Positions 32,627-43,675 of a DNA stretch of 64,000 nt are shown piece by piece. A model generated the notes under the pieces. That model did not search any database and was not told where the DNA came from. It saw only the letters and a list, made by a program, of their open reading frames with translations. The number at the start of each line of letters is the position of its first letter. The first letter of the stretch is position 1. Origin of the DNA: Escherichia phage REP4; sequence record OQ174503.1; one strand, written 5' to 3'. The translations under genes were made by a program, and so were the position numbers.

Positions 32627-32943
32627 AAGTCCTCAACTTGAAAATCGTCTTTAAACAATCGGTTAACTATATGGGCTATTATATCACCATGACACGGCTT
32701 TGGTTTACATGTGCATCCTAGCCTCATTCCACGTAAAGGCTCTAAATGTGCTTTAGTTATTTCTCCGGATTTAATTCGACGTATAAAATCTTTTTTGAAT
32801 AATTCAATGGCAGCCTCCCGGCTGCCAGCATCTTTACCGACGTAATTTCCCCAAAATGTACCACGGTGAATATTAACATCAAAGTCGGATTTATATTTAT
32901 TCACTACCCGGCATAGACGGCCCGCGCGGTAATAGTTCGTCAT
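32617..32943 (-). CDS. Conserved hypothetical protein (nrdA.1 position, 108 aa)
   Basis: Track ORF, Cys/His-rich C-terminal part. Confidence 0.6.
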   Translation of the reverse strand: MTNYYRAGRLCRVVNKYKSDFDVNIHRGTFWGNYVGKDAGSREAAIELFKKDFIRRIKSGEITKAHLEPLRGMRLGCTCKPKPCHGDIIAHIVNRLFKDDFQVEDLCN

Positions 32944-33172
32944 ATTGTTTTTCCGTTAAAACAGTAATATCATAATAACAATCTGAAGAAGTTTTAACTG
33001 TAGAAATTTTATTATCAAAATACTCACGAGTCATTTTATGAGTATAATATTTTTTGCCATAAATGATAATAGGCTGTTCTGGCCCTGGAACTTCCAGTTC
33101 ACTTGGATTAGGAAGTGTAAAAAGAACAACACCAGAAGTATCCTTAAATCGTAAAATCATATATCCTCTCAA
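32897..33172 (-). CDS. Conserved hypothetical protein (nrdA.2 position, 91 aa)
   Basis: Track ORF. Confidence 0.6.
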   Translation of the reverse strand: MRGYMILRFKDTSGVVLFTLPNPSELEVPGPEQPIIIYGKKYYTHKMTREYFDNKISTVKTSSDCYYDITVLTEKQYDELLPRGPSMPGSE

Positions 33173-33183
33173 TTAAATTAAAA

Positions 33184-34043
33184 TTACACCGCCATCTTTC
33201 CTTTCAAGACACCATGGGACTGATAATCTTTGAGAACGAAATCTCGTGCTGTCATATATTCAGTTAACCAATACATTTGAGTTTCAGTATCGCATTGACT
33301 GAATCCATTAGGCCAATTAATACTAAGTTTGCATAGATCCATAGGAGTTCTATTTAATATCTCTTTGCATTGCTCAATATGGTTAGAATAAATGTGTGTA
33401 TTACCACCCGAGAATACCAAATCGCCCGGAACTAGTTCACACATGTCAGCAACAATATGTAAAAGAGCAGCATAACTCGCGATGTTAAATGGAAGACCGA
33501 GGAAAACATCTACCGAACGTTGATACCATTGTAGGTCAAGGTATCCGTTACGCACATTAAACTGATAGAACATATGACAAGGTGGTAATGCCATCTGCTT
33601 GAGTTCAGCTGGATTCCATGCCGACACAATTTGACGTCTATCATTGGGAAATGTTTTAATACGATTAACAACTTCTACAATTTGATCTACACCACCAAAA
33701 TCACGCCACTGTTTTCCGTAAATTGGACCAAGTTCACCGCTATGATAACCTAAGTCTTTGGCCTGGTTTTCGTAGTTTTCATCCCAAATTGTTTTTCCTG
33801 CAATTAAAGATCCATGAGTACGTTGACGTAAATCATTTACGTTAGTACTTCCTGATAAGAACCACAATAACTCAGAAATACATGCATTCCAGGCGAGCTT
33901 CTTAGTCGTTACTGCAGGAAAACCTTTAGTTAAATCCCAGCGTAATTTAGTACCGAACAAAGCAATTGTTCCTGTGCCTGTTCGGTCATCGGTTTCATAG
34001 CCATTTTCCAGAATATCTTTAATTAAAAATTGGTATTGTTTCA

Positions 34044-34044
<1 letters not shown>
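33184..34044 (-). CDS. td: Thymidylate synthase (uninterrupted, no group I intron)
   Basis: Continuous ORF with catalytic PPCHMFYQF and folate-binding motifs; start taken at MKQYQ... (ATG 34044); the track ORF starts 4 codons earlier. Confidence 0.93.
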
Positions 34045-35073
<1,029 letters not shown>

Positions 35074-35081
35074 ATTATCTC

Positions 35082-35417
35082 CTAATATAAAGGATCGGGA
35101 ACATATCCACTGGCTTTAATCATTTTGATTAACGTTAGCAGTCCTTTATTAACTGCTTGTGAGATTTCATTAAAAACTTCATCACTAAAAAGTTCTAACA
35201 CTCCCTTCTGAACTTTTAATTTACAACCAACAATTTCGTCATCGCCTATAGTAAATTCGTTTCCGCCAATTCCACCGAAAAACTTAATTACACCAGTTAA
35301 CTGTGTTCCACGAGAATATGGGTCGTGTGATAAAGTAATATGAGTCACCCCAGGTACAGTTTTAAATTGGCAGCGAATGTTTACTTGGGAAATTCCAGTT
35401 ACATGAATGTCAGACAT
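35082..35417 (-). CDS. Conserved hypothetical protein (frd.2 position, 111 aa)
   Basis: Track ORF. Confidence 0.6.
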   Translation of the reverse strand: MSDIHVTGISQVNIRCQFKTVPGVTHITLSHDPYSRGTQLTGVIKFFGGIGGNEFTIGDDEIVGCKLKVQKGVLELFSDEVFNEISQAVNKGLLTLIKMIKASGYVPDPLY

Positions 35418-35427
35418 AATATTTTCC

Positions 35428-35670
35428 TCAGACAGACTTTTTCACAATTTTCCAATCAGCTTTAAACTGTTCAACGTCAGAATGATAAATCCAAAATCCT
35501 GCGCTTTCTCCATCCTCATAAAGAGGGCATCCATCACATTCATCTTCCCATCCCATATCACGTAAAAGATGTTCAGCTTTTTCAACAAGTTCAGAATCTT
35601 TACCGATGATATTAAAATACCATTTACCTCTAACTTCTGAATCTTTGATGCTCTGGCGTTGTAATCTCAT
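35428..35670 (-). CDS. Conserved hypothetical protein (frd.3 position, 80 aa)
   Basis: Track ORF preceded by early promoter-like element. Confidence 0.6.
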   Translation of the reverse strand: MRLQRQSIKDSEVRGKWYFNIIGKDSELVEKAEHLLRDMGWEDECDGCPLYEDGESAGFWIYHSDVEQFKADWKIVKKSV

Positions 35671-35724
35671 TTTATTCTCCTTAGTTGATAGGGTAATAGT
35701 ATCACACTACTACCCTTCTGTAAA

Positions 35725-36105
35725 CTACTTTTTGAAAGTTTTTCGCAAAAGTTCAATGATTTCATCTACATTGTTTTCGTCTACAATGCAGTGAATTTTT
35801 GTTACGCCAGAAACCTTATCTTCGATTTCATCTTCTTCAGAAGTCGGTTCTTTATACTCACGAAAACAATGAAATTCGTCTTCGCAAATTTCTAAAAGTC
35901 TATCTTTGAGATAAAAATGCTTTCCATTTGCACATTCAATGTGTTTTACTGCTTTGTATCCATTGGCGACGGAAACTTCTTTAACTTCAAACCATCCGCC
36001 ATTATCTCGAATAGCTTTAACTATTGATGAATTAGAACGTGGACTATAATTAATAAATGTATCAATAAGTCTTGGAACAAGTTCATACTTTCTACCAGTA
36101 TACAT
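35725..36105 (-). CDS. Hypothetical protein (126 aa) at the locus where T4 carries segG
   Basis: Track ORF; no GIY-YIG motif visible. Confidence 0.55.
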   Translation of the reverse strand: MYTGRKYELVPRLIDTFINYSPRSNSSIVKAIRDNGGWFEVKEVSVANGYKAVKHIECANGKHFYLKDRLLEICEDEFHCFREYKEPTSEEDEIEDKVSGVTKIHCIVDENNVDEIIELLRKTFKK

Positions 36106-36149
36106 TGCGTTTTCCTCATTTTAATAGGGGCTTGATAGCCCCTTGATAA

Positions 36150-36377
36150 TTACTGCTCAATAAATCCTGTGTAAAATTCTACATCTTCAGCATCCATACC
36201 GTCACAATATTCATTAACCATAAATTGTTTAAGACGATTTAAAGGACCTTCAATAACAACTGAAACATTGCAATTAGGATCATTTAGTGCGCTTATGATA
36301 CGGAGTTCAGGATAACGATTACGAATAATTTCTTCAATATATTCAAAATCAACAACATCAATATCAATTTTAGCCAT
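36150..36377 (-). CDS. Hypothetical acidic protein (75 aa from ATG 36377)
   Basis: [26 protein letters not shown]...; the track ORF is extended upstream through the promoter repeat. Confidence 0.55.
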   Translation of the reverse strand: MAKIDIDVVDFEYIEEIIRNRYPELRIISALNDPNCNVSVVIEGPLNRLKQFMVNEYCDGMDAEDVEFYTGFIEQ

Positions 36378-36420
36378 GTTATTTTCCTCTTTAATCATCA
36401 GCAGTATTGCCGATAGTTGT

Positions 36421-36450
36421 ATAGTACCATAAAGCTTTATGCTTGTAAAC
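36421..36450 (-). promoter_or_regulatory. Early promoter cassette (GTTTACA - 17 nt - TACTAT), copy 1 of 3
   Basis: rc on plus strand ATAGTA ...17 nt... TGTAAAC, A/T-rich UP-like tract; near-identical copies at 53596-53625 and 57643-57672. Confidence 0.5.
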
Positions 36451-36482
36451 CGTTTTGTGAAAAAAATTTTTGAAATAAAAAA

Positions 36483-36501
36483 GGGGACCTCTAGGGTCCC
36501 C
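36483..36501 (-). terminator. Gene 32 intrinsic terminator hairpin ggggaccTCTAgggtcccc
   Basis: 8-bp stem 22 nt after gene 32 stop, followed on minus strand by U-run. Confidence 0.55.
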
Positions 36502-36523
36502 AATTAATTAATAATATAATCTA

Positions 36524-37432
36524 TTAAAGATCATTCAAAAGGTCATCCAGGTCCGTGTCATCAGCACTAGATGAACTGCCAGAGCTTGAGCTCATAAAAT
36601 CATCTTCAGTTTTTGTTTTGAAGTCATCAACATTGAATGCATCCAAATCATCAGCAACTTTATCAGCTTTCTTAGCGGCAGTTGCTGCGGCACCACCCAT
36701 AGCAGCAGTTCCCATAACTTGACTGAACTTAGTGCTCAGTTCTTCAAACGATTTGAATTTATCTTTAGAAGTCATTTCAGAAAGGTCAACCATTTGTTCG
36801 AACAGTTCTTTCTGGAAAGATTCATCATCAATGTTTGGAATCGCAGATTGATTCAGGAATTTAGATTCGTCGTAGTTACTAAAACCAGAAACTTGTTTAA
36901 CTTTCAGTACAAAGTTAGCACCTTCCCACGGACAAGTTACATCAACCGGAGTTTCACCCATTTCAACATCAACTGCAATCATTGCATTGATTTTATCCCA
37001 GATTTTCTTACCGAAACGGTATTTAAATACTTTACCTTCATTTTCTGGAGCAGCTGGGTCTTTTACTACAAGAATGTTAGCCCAGTAAGAAGTTTTACGT
37101 TTAACAAGACCGTACTCTTTATTGTCAGTGTTATACAAATCATTTTTACTGATGTACTGACATACTGGACAAGAATCGTAATCACCGTGGGTAGATGAAC
37201 AGTTTTCAATATACCATTTACCATTTTTCTTGAAACCGTGATTTACAAGAATTGCGAATGGTGCTTGTTCATCATTTTTAGACGGAAGAAAACGAATTAC
37301 TGCTTGACCGTTACCCGCATTGTCGAGTTTCAGTTTCCACTCGCCTTTATCTTCAGAAGAAAAACCACCTTTATTTCCAGCCAGTTTAGCCATTTGTGCA
37401 GCGAGTTCAGCAGTAGATTTACGTTTAAACAT
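36524..37432 (-). CDS. 32: gp32 single-stranded DNA-binding protein
   Basis: 302 aa, [17 protein letters not shown]...; zinc ligands in [14 protein letters not shown]; acidic Ser/Asp C-terminal tail. Confidence 0.97.
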   Translation of the reverse strand: MFKRKSTAELAAQMAKLAGNKGGFSSEDKGEWKLKLDNAGNGQAVIRFLPSKNDEQAPFAILVNHGFKKNGKWYIENCSSTHGDYDSCPVCQYISKNDLYNTDNKEYGLVKRKTSYWANILVVKDPAAPENEGKVFKYRFGKKIWDKINAMIAVDVEMGETPVDVTCPWEGANFVLKVKQVSGFSNYDESKFLNQSAIPNIDDESFQKELFEQMVDLSEMTSKDKFKSFEELSTKFSQVMGTAAMGGAAATAAKKADKVADDLDAFNVDDFKTKTEDDFMSSSSGSSSSADDTDLDDLLNDL

Positions 37433-37500
37433 TTTTATTTCCTTTTTAATTTAATTAACAGTTGGTGCTATGACGATGTATGACCTCATAGCTGGTCAGT
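37433..37500 (-). promoter_or_regulatory. Gene 32 translational operator: 5' leader pseudoknot plus AU-rich unstructured region
   Basis: Minus-strand leader contains UGACC...GCUAUGA...GGUCA...UCAUAGC (two interleaved stems) followed by UUAAAUUAAAAAGGAAAUAAAA-AUG. Confidence 0.6.
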
Positions 37501-37515
37501 GAGATAATTATAATC

Positions 37516-37523
37516 TATTTATA
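37516..37523 (-). promoter_or_regulatory. Late promoter TATAAATA (minus strand) upstream of gene 32
   Basis: Plus-strand TATTTATA between gene 59 stop and the gene 32 leader. Confidence 0.45.
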
Positions 37524-37531
37524 ATAAGCAA

Positions 37532-38185
37532 TTAATACTTACAAGATTTCACAGTTTCAATGAAAACACTTTTGGCTTTCTGTGAATCAATATTTAAAAT
37601 TTTTCTATAAGCTTTTAACTTTATAGAATAATTATTCCAGACTAAATTATCAGTCTGTTCATCATGTTTATCAATTATATTTAAAAACGAATCAAGCAAG
37701 ATAAACGTCTCAAACGAAATTATATTCGATTGAAGTAGTTTAAAAATATAACTTGATTGAACTTTTGGATTATATTCAAAAATTTCTTTAAAAGCAGAAA
37801 CTTCAACTTTTTTACTAAAATAATAAATGTTGCGAATATCTTCTTCAAACTTAAATTTAATTTGCTTTAAGCGTCCGATATATTCACGATAAAACACAAG
37901 TGCATCAGCGTCAGAGATGTCACCAATCCAAGCATCTTGGTTAGCAACAAGATTGCTTATAAAGATTAAAGCAAGTTCCTTTAATTTATATTTTTCTGAT
38001 AACTTCTGGAAAAAATACTTATCCCTTCGCTTTTGATAAGCGGCATCAGACACCCGCATGCACCAATTATACTTAATTACATCATACTTTCCATTCATAT
38101 GTTGTTTTATCATTAAGTATAATTTATAAACTGATTTACCATCAATGTATCTTTCACCACCAGCAGGCATGCGGAGTTTAATCAT
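37532..38185 (-). CDS. 59: gp59 helicase-loading protein
   Basis: 217 aa, MIKLRMPAGGERYIDGKSVYKLY...; T4 gp59-like. Confidence 0.95.
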   Translation of the reverse strand: MIKLRMPAGGERYIDGKSVYKLYLMIKQHMNGKYDVIKYNWCMRVSDAAYQKRRDKYFFQKLSEKYKLKELALIFISNLVANQDAWIGDISDADALVFYREYIGRLKQIKFKFEEDIRNIYYFSKKVEVSAFKEIFEYNPKVQSSYIFKLLQSNIISFETFILLDSFLNIIDKHDEQTDNLVWNNYSIKLKAYRKILNIDSQKAKSVFIETVKSCKY

Positions 38186-38520
38186 AGTAGAAAATCTAAT
38201 GTATTAGTTTTTTCACAACGAACAACAGAAGGACGTAAAAGATTTTCGTCAATAGCTTCTGACTGAATTTTTTCAATTATACCTGAAGGAATAAATTTAG
38301 CAAATTGAGTTTCAGGAATAGAATTTTCTTCTAAGAATGCTGTTGTAGCTTCAAGATAACTCATTCCAAACTCTTCTACCATTTTTTCAATAATAAATCC
38401 ATTTTCTTGGCGGTCAAGAAGTTTTGCTATTTCATCCTTTTCTTTCTTAATTGAAAGTTCTTTTTCTGAAAGACCGGTCTCATCGACCGGACGAATATCA
38501 TTTAGAGAAAACTGTGTCAT
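38182..38520 (-). CDS. 33: gp33 late-transcription co-activator
   Basis: 112 aa from ATG 38520, MTQFSLNDIRPVDETGL...; the track start is a TTG. Confidence 0.85.
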   Translation of the reverse strand: MTQFSLNDIRPVDETGLSEKELSIKKEKDEIAKLLDRQENGFIIEKMVEEFGMSYLEATTAFLEENSIPETQFAKFIPSGIIEKIQSEAIDENLLRPSVVRCEKTNTLDFLL

Positions 38521-38767
38521 AAAGTTCAACTACCTCTTCAGTTTCAGCTTCAAACACATCACGGTTATCTTTATGATACAAAGCTAACAAACGATTAAAC
38601 ATCTTGCCATCAACACCAAGTTCATCTTTGGCACGAATTCGAATATCTTTAATCAATTCATTATAACCAGAAATTTTCAGTTTATGGTCAGATGCTTCTT
38701 TAATAAATTTAGCTAAATCTTCGCCGTGGATAGCTTCATCAAATTCAACCATTTCTTTTTTAGCCAT
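38498..38767 (-). CDS. dsbA: DsbA double-stranded DNA-binding protein
   Basis: 89 aa; position between rnh and gene 33. Confidence 0.8.
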   Translation of the reverse strand: MAKKEMVEFDEAIHGEDLAKFIKEASDHKLKISGYNELIKDIRIRAKDELGVDGKMFNRLLALYHKDNRDVFEAETEEVVELYDTVFSK

Positions 38768-38775
38768 TATTCACC

Positions 38776-39693
38776 TCAAAATTCGTTAATGCTATTAGTT
38801 AATTTAGAAAGACCCGCTTTTACAAAATATGAATAAATTTTGCCACGCGGTGGTAATTTATATGAATTATAGTAATTCACAATGTTTGAAGCAATATTAT
38901 CAGGAATATAATCAAAATCAATTAGAACTAAATTTTCTTTATATCGATTATATTCAGATTCAGTGAGAAGCACCTTAGCTTGCTCGCGGTCATTAGCAAT
39001 AGCTTCAACAATAGAGGTTTTCATTGAAGGAGTTCGTTCACCTTCAACTCTGGTAAACCAAAAGTCAGATCGTACTTTAACTGAAGCAACGTTATCCTTT
39101 TTGTCGCCTTTAAGGATTTTAGTCATACAGTCAATTTCAGCAGAACCGCTTTTAATTTTAACCCATTTCTTGTGCATCGGTGACCATTGCTTAACATTTG
39201 GATATTTGTGAAGTTGAGTAAAGTCACCATCCGATGAAATGATTAAAATTTTATGTCCTTCTAAGGAGAACTTTTTAACAAGCACGGCAATATGGTCATC
39301 TGCTTCATACTTATCAATATCCATAACAATGTATGGCATATAAGCTTTCAATTCATCTATAACTTTATGACTGGATTCAAAATAACCTTCCCAGTCCCAA
39401 GTAGATTCTTCTCGTGCTTTTCCACGGTTTTTCTTATAATAATAAGCGAAATCACGACGCCAGTATCCAGATTTCGCGTTATCAATACACAATACAATCT
39501 TAGTGTATCCAAGAGTTTTTGCTTTTTTGACATTAAACTTAATTGAGTTCAATATCAAATGACGAACCATTGATAAATTAATTTTTTCTTTATCTGGGAA
39601 GTTTACTAGAGCAGTTGAAAGCGCAATTTGACTAAAGTCAATTAAGCAGATTCCTTCTTTGTAATCTTCATCCAGCATCATTTCTAAATCCAT
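38776..39693 (-). CDS. rnh: RNase H (5'-3' exonuclease / flap endonuclease)
   Basis: 305 aa from ATG 39693 with GAGG SD; FEN-family acidic motifs. Confidence 0.9.
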   Translation of the reverse strand: MDLEMMLDEDYKEGICLIDFSQIALSTALVNFPDKEKINLSMVRHLILNSIKFNVKKAKTLGYTKIVLCIDNAKSGYWRRDFAYYYKKNRGKAREESTWDWEGYFESSHKVIDELKAYMPYIVMDIDKYEADDHIAVLVKKFSLEGHKILIISSDGDFTQLHKYPNVKQWSPMHKKWVKIKSGSAEIDCMTKILKGDKKDNVASVKVRSDFWFTRVEGERTPSMKTSIVEAIANDREQAKVLLTESEYNRYKENLVLIDFDYIPDNIASNIVNYYNSYKLPPRGKIYSYFVKAGLSKLTNSINEF

Positions 39694-39755
39694 ATGAACC
39701 TCGTTCAATTAGTGAGATTTCTATTATATACTATCCAAATCTTAAAGTAAACAAG

Positions 39756-39763
39756 TATAAATA
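39756..39763 (+). promoter_or_regulatory. Late promoter TATAAATA upstream of gene 34
   Basis: Exact TATAAATA 35 nt upstream of gene 34 ATG. Confidence 0.55.
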
Positions 39764-39797
39764 CTTATTATTGAAAACACAATAGGAGCCCGGGAGA

Positions 39798-42700
39798 ATG
39801 GCCGAGATTAAAAGAAAGTTCAGAGCAGAAGACGGTCTGGACGCAGGTGGCGATAAAATAATCAACGTAGCTTTAGCTGATCGTACCGTAGGAACTGACG
39901 GTGTTAACGTTGATTACCTAATTCAAGAAAACACAGTTCAGCAATATGATCCAACTCGTGGATATTTAAAAGATTTTGTAATCATTTATGATAACCGCTT
40001 TTGGGCTGCTATAAATGATATTCCAAAACCGGCAGGAACTTTTAACAGTGGACGCTGGAGAGCATTGCGTACTGATGCTAACTGGATCACAGTCTCATCT
40101 GGTTCATATCAATTAAAATCCGGTGAAGCTATTTCGGTTAACACTGCAGCTGGTAATGATATTACGTTTACTTTACCATCTACTCCAATTGACGGTGATA
40201 CTATCGTTCTCCAAGACATTGGAGGAAAACCTGGGGTTAACCAAGTTTTAATTGTAGCTCCAGTGCAAAGTATTGTAAACTTCAGAGGTGAACAAGTACG
40301 TTCAGTACTAATGACTCATCCAAAGTCACAGTTAGTTTTAATTTTTAGTAATCGCCTGTGGCAAATGTATGTGGCTGATTATAGTAGAGAAGCTGTAGTT
40401 GTAACACCAGCGAATACTTATCAAGCGCAATCCAACGATTTTATCGTACGTAGATTTACTTCTGCTGCACCGATTAATATTAAACTTCCGAGATTTGCTA
40501 ATCACGGCGATATTATTAATTTCGTCGATTTGGATAAATTAAATCCACTTTATCATACAATTGTTACTACATACGATGAAACTACATCAGTACAAGAAGA
40601 TGGAACTCATTCTATTGAAGGCCGTACATCTATTGACGGTTTCTTGATGTATGATGATAATGAAAAATTGTGGAGATTGTTTGACGGAGACAACAAAGCA
40701 CGTTTACGTATCATAACGACTAATTCAAACATTCGTCCAAATGAAGAAGTTATGGTATTTGGTGCGAATAATGGAATAACTCAAACAATTGAACTCCAGC
40801 TTCCAACTAATATTTCTGTTGGTGATACTGTTAAAATTTCCATGAATTACATGAGAAAAGGACAAACAGTTAAAATCAAAGCTGCCGGTGAAGATAAAAT
40901 TGCTTCTTCAGTTCAATTGCTGCAGTTCCCAAAACGTTCAGAATATCCGCCTGAAGCTGAATGGGTAACTGTTCAAGAATTAGTTTTTAACGGTGAAACT
41001 AATTATGTTCCAGTTTTACAACTTGCTTATATAGAAGATTCTGACGGAAAATACTGGGTTGTACAGCAAAACGTTCCAACTGTAGAAAGAGTTGATTCTT
41101 TAAATGATTCTACTAGAGCAAGATTAGGCGTAATTGCTTTAGCTACACAAGCTCAAGCTAATGCTGATTTAGAAAATTCTCCACAAAAAGAATTAGCAAT
41201 TACTCCAGAAACATTAGCTAACCGTACTGCTACAGAAACTCGTAGAGGTATCGCAAGAATAGCAACTACTGCTCAAGTGAATCAGAACACTACATTCTCT
41301 TTTGCTGACGATATTATCATCACTCCTAAAAAGCTGAATGAAAGAACTGCTACAGAAACTCGTAGAGGTGTTGCTGAAATTGCTACGCAGCAGGAAACTA
41401 ATGCAGGTACTGATGATACTACAATCATCACTCCTAAAAAGCTTCAAGCTCGACAAGGTTCTGAGTCATTATCTGGTATTGTAACTTTTGTATCTACTAC
41501 AGGAGCTACTCCAGCTTCTAGTCGTGAATTAAATGGTACAAACGTTTATAATAAAAACACTAATAATTTAGTCGTTTCGCCTAAAGCTTTGGATCAGTAT
41601 AAAGCTACTCCAACGCAACAAGGTGCAGTAATTTTAGCAGTTGAAAGTGAAGTAATTGCTGGACAGAGTCAAGAAGGATGGGCAAATGCTGTTGTAACGC
41701 CAGAAACGTTACATAAAAAGACATCAACTGATGCAAGAATTGGTTTAATTGAAATTGCTACACAAAGTGAAGTTAATACAGGAACTGATTATACTCGTGC
41801 AGTCACTCCTAAAACTTTAAATGACCGTATAGCAACTGAAAGTTTAAGTGGTATAGCTGAAATTGCTACACAAGTTGAATTCGACGCAGGCGTCGACGAT
41901 ACTCGTATCTCTACACCATTAAAAATTAAAACCAGATTTAATAGTACTGATCGTACTTCTGTTGTTGCTCTATCTGGATTAGTTGAATCAGGAACTCTCT
42001 GGGACCATTATACCCTTAATATTCTTGAAGCAAATGAGACACAGCGTGGTACACTTCGTGTAGCTACACAAGTTGAAGCTGCTGCAGGAACATTGGATAA
42101 TGTTTTAATAACTCCTAAAAAGCTTTTAGGTACTAAATCTACTGAAGCACAGGAAGGTGTTATTAAAGTTGCGACTCAGTCTGAAACTGTGGCTGGAACG
42201 TCAGCAAATACTGCTGTATCTCCAAAAAATTTAAAATGGATTGTGCAGAGTGAACCTACTTGGGCAGCTACTACTGCAATAAGAGGCTTTGTTAAAACTT
42301 CATCTGGTTCAATTACATTCGTTGGTAATGATACAGTTGGTTCTACACAGAGCTTAGAGCTATACGAGAAAAATAGCTATGCAGTATCACCATATGAATT
42401 AAACCGTGTATTAGCAAATTATTTGCCGTTAAAAGCAAAAGCTGCTGACGCGAATTTATTAGATGGTCTAGATTCATCTCAGTTCATTCGTAGGGATATT
42501 GCACAGACGGTTAATGGTTCACTAACCTTAACCCAACAAACGAATCTGAATGCCCCTCTTGTATCATCTAGTACTGCTACGTTTGGTGGCTCGTTGGCTG
42601 CTAACTCCACATTTACTATACGTAACACAGGAACTCCGACCCGCATCGTTTTCGAAAAAGGTCCTGCATCCGGTGCAAACCCGGTTCAGTCAATGAGCAT

Positions 42701-43667
42701 CCGTGTATGGGGTAACCAGTATGGTGGCGGTTCAGATACAACACGTTCTACTGTATTTGAAGTTGGCGATGAAACATCTCATCACTTTTATTCTCAGCGT
42801 AATAAAAACGGTACTATAGCGTTTATCATTAATGGTACTGTAATGCCAATAAACATTAATGCTTCCGGTTTGATGAATGTGAATGGCACTGCAACATTTG
42901 GTAGTTCAGTTACAGCCAATGGTGAATTCATCAGCAAGTCTGCAAATGCTTTTAGAGCAATAAGTGGTAATTATGGATTCTTTATTCGCAATGATGCTAC
43001 TAACACCTATTTTATGCTTACTGCATCGGGTGATCAGACTGGCGGATTTAATGGATTACGTCCTTTAGCTATTAACAATGCATCTGGTCAAGTAACGATT
43101 GGTGAAAGCTTAATCATTGCCAAAGGTGCTACTATAAATTCAGGTGGTTTAACTGTTAACTCGAGAATTCGTTCTCAGGGCACTAAAACATCTGACTTAT
43201 ATACCCGTGCACCGACATCTGATACTGTAGGATTCTGGTCAATCGATATTAACGATTCAGCCACTTATAACCAGTTCCCAGGTTATTTTAAAATGGTTGA
43301 AAAAACTAATGAAGTGACTGGACTTCCATACTTAGAACGTGGTGAAGAAGTTAAATCTCCTGGTACATTGACTCAGTTTGGTAACACACTTGATTCACTT
43401 TACCAAGATTGGATTACTTATCCAACAACTCCAGAAGCACGTACAACCCGTTGGACACGTACATGGCAGAAAACTAAAAATTCTTGGTCGAGTTTTGTTC
43501 AGGTATTTGATGGTGGAAACCCTCCTCAACCGTCTGATATCGGTGCTTTACCATCTGATAATGCTACAATGGGGAATCTTACTATTCGTGATTTCTTACG
43601 AATTGGTAATGTTCGCATTATTCCTGACCCAGTGAATAAAACGGTTAAATTTGAATGGGTTGAATAA
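39798..43667 (+). CDS. 34: gp34 long tail fibre proximal subunit
   Basis: 1289 aa; repeated ...ETRRG.A.IAT...ITPKKL motifs. Confidence 0.97.
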   Translation: MAEIKRKFRAEDGLDAGGDKIINVALADRTVGTDGVNVDYLIQENTVQQYDPTRGYLKDFVIIYDNRFWAAINDIPKPAGTFNSGRWRALRTDANWITVSSGSYQLKSGEAISVNTAAGNDITFTLPSTPIDGDTIVLQDIGGKPGVNQVLIVAPVQSIVNFRGEQVRSVLMTHPKSQLVLIFSNRLWQMYVADYSREAVVVTPANTYQAQSNDFIVRRFTSAAPINIKLPRFANHGDIINFVDLDKLNPLYHTIVTTYDETTSVQEDGTHSIEGRTSIDGFLMYDDNEKLWRLFDGDNKARLRIITTNSNIRPNEEVMVFGANNGITQTIELQLPTNISVGDTVKISMNYMRKGQTVKIKAAGEDKIASSVQLLQFPKRSEYPPEAEWVTVQELVFNGETNYVPVLQLAYIEDSDGKYWVVQQNVPTVERVDSLNDSTRARLGVIALATQAQANADLENSPQKELAITPETLANRTATETRRGIARIATTAQVNQNTTFSFADDIIITPKKLNERTATETRRGVAEIATQQETNAGTDDTTIITPKKLQARQGSESLSGIVTFVSTTGATPASSRELNGTNVYNKNTNNLVVSPKALDQYKATPTQQGAVILAVESEVIAGQSQEGWANAVVTPETLHKKTSTDARIGLIEIATQSEVNTGTDYTRAVTPKTLNDRIATESLSGIAEIATQVEFDAGVDDTRISTPLKIKTRFNSTDRTSVVALSGLVESGTLWDHYTLNILEANETQRGTLRVATQVEAAAGTLDNVLITPKKLLGTKSTEAQEGVIKVATQSETVAGTSANTAVSPKNLKWIVQSEPTWAATTAIRGFVKTSSGSITFVGNDTVGSTQSLELYEKNSYAVSPYELNRVLANYLPLKAKAADANLLDGLDSSQFIRRDIAQTVNGSLTLTQQTNLNAPLVSSSTATFGGSLAANSTFTIRNTGTPTRIVFEKGPASGANPVQSMSIRVWGNQYGGGSDTTRSTVFEVGDETSHHFYSQRNKNGTIAFIINGTVMPININASGLMNVNGTATFGSSVTANGEFISKSANAFRAISGNYGFFIRNDATNTYFMLTASGDQTGGFNGLRPLAINNASGQVTIGESLIIAKGATINSGGLTVNSRIRSQGTKTSDLYTRAPTSDTVGFWSIDINDSATYNQFPGYFKMVEKTNEVTGLPYLERGEEVKSPGTLTQFGNTLDSLYQDWITYPTTPEARTTRWTRTWQKTKNSWSSFVQVFDGGNPPQPSDIGALPSDNATMGNLTIRDFLRIGNVRIIPDPVNKTVKFEWVE

Positions 43668-43675
43668 GAGGTATT

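Noticed and set aside
33184-33400. Apparent divergence of the thymidylate synthase C-terminal ~55 residues from the T4 sequence as I recall it
   Set aside because: My recollection of the T4 C-terminal sequence is not reliable enough to claim a domain replacement without an actual alignment.
36378-36503. N-terminal extensions of track ORFs 36150..36503, 57402..57707, 56776..57024, 27526..28686, 28703..29137, 34247..34855, 38182..38529
   Set aside because: The extensions read through promoter or terminator elements, or start at GTG/TTG without an RBS. Internal ATG codons with a proper Shine-Dalgarno give products matching the known T4 protein lengths.
39798-43667. Search for an ori(34)-type middle promoter inside gene 34
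   Set aside because: Several TGCTT-containing sites were seen (e.g. near 41140 AATTGCTTTA), but none has a correctly spaced -10 hexamer. I cannot place the origin from sequence alone.
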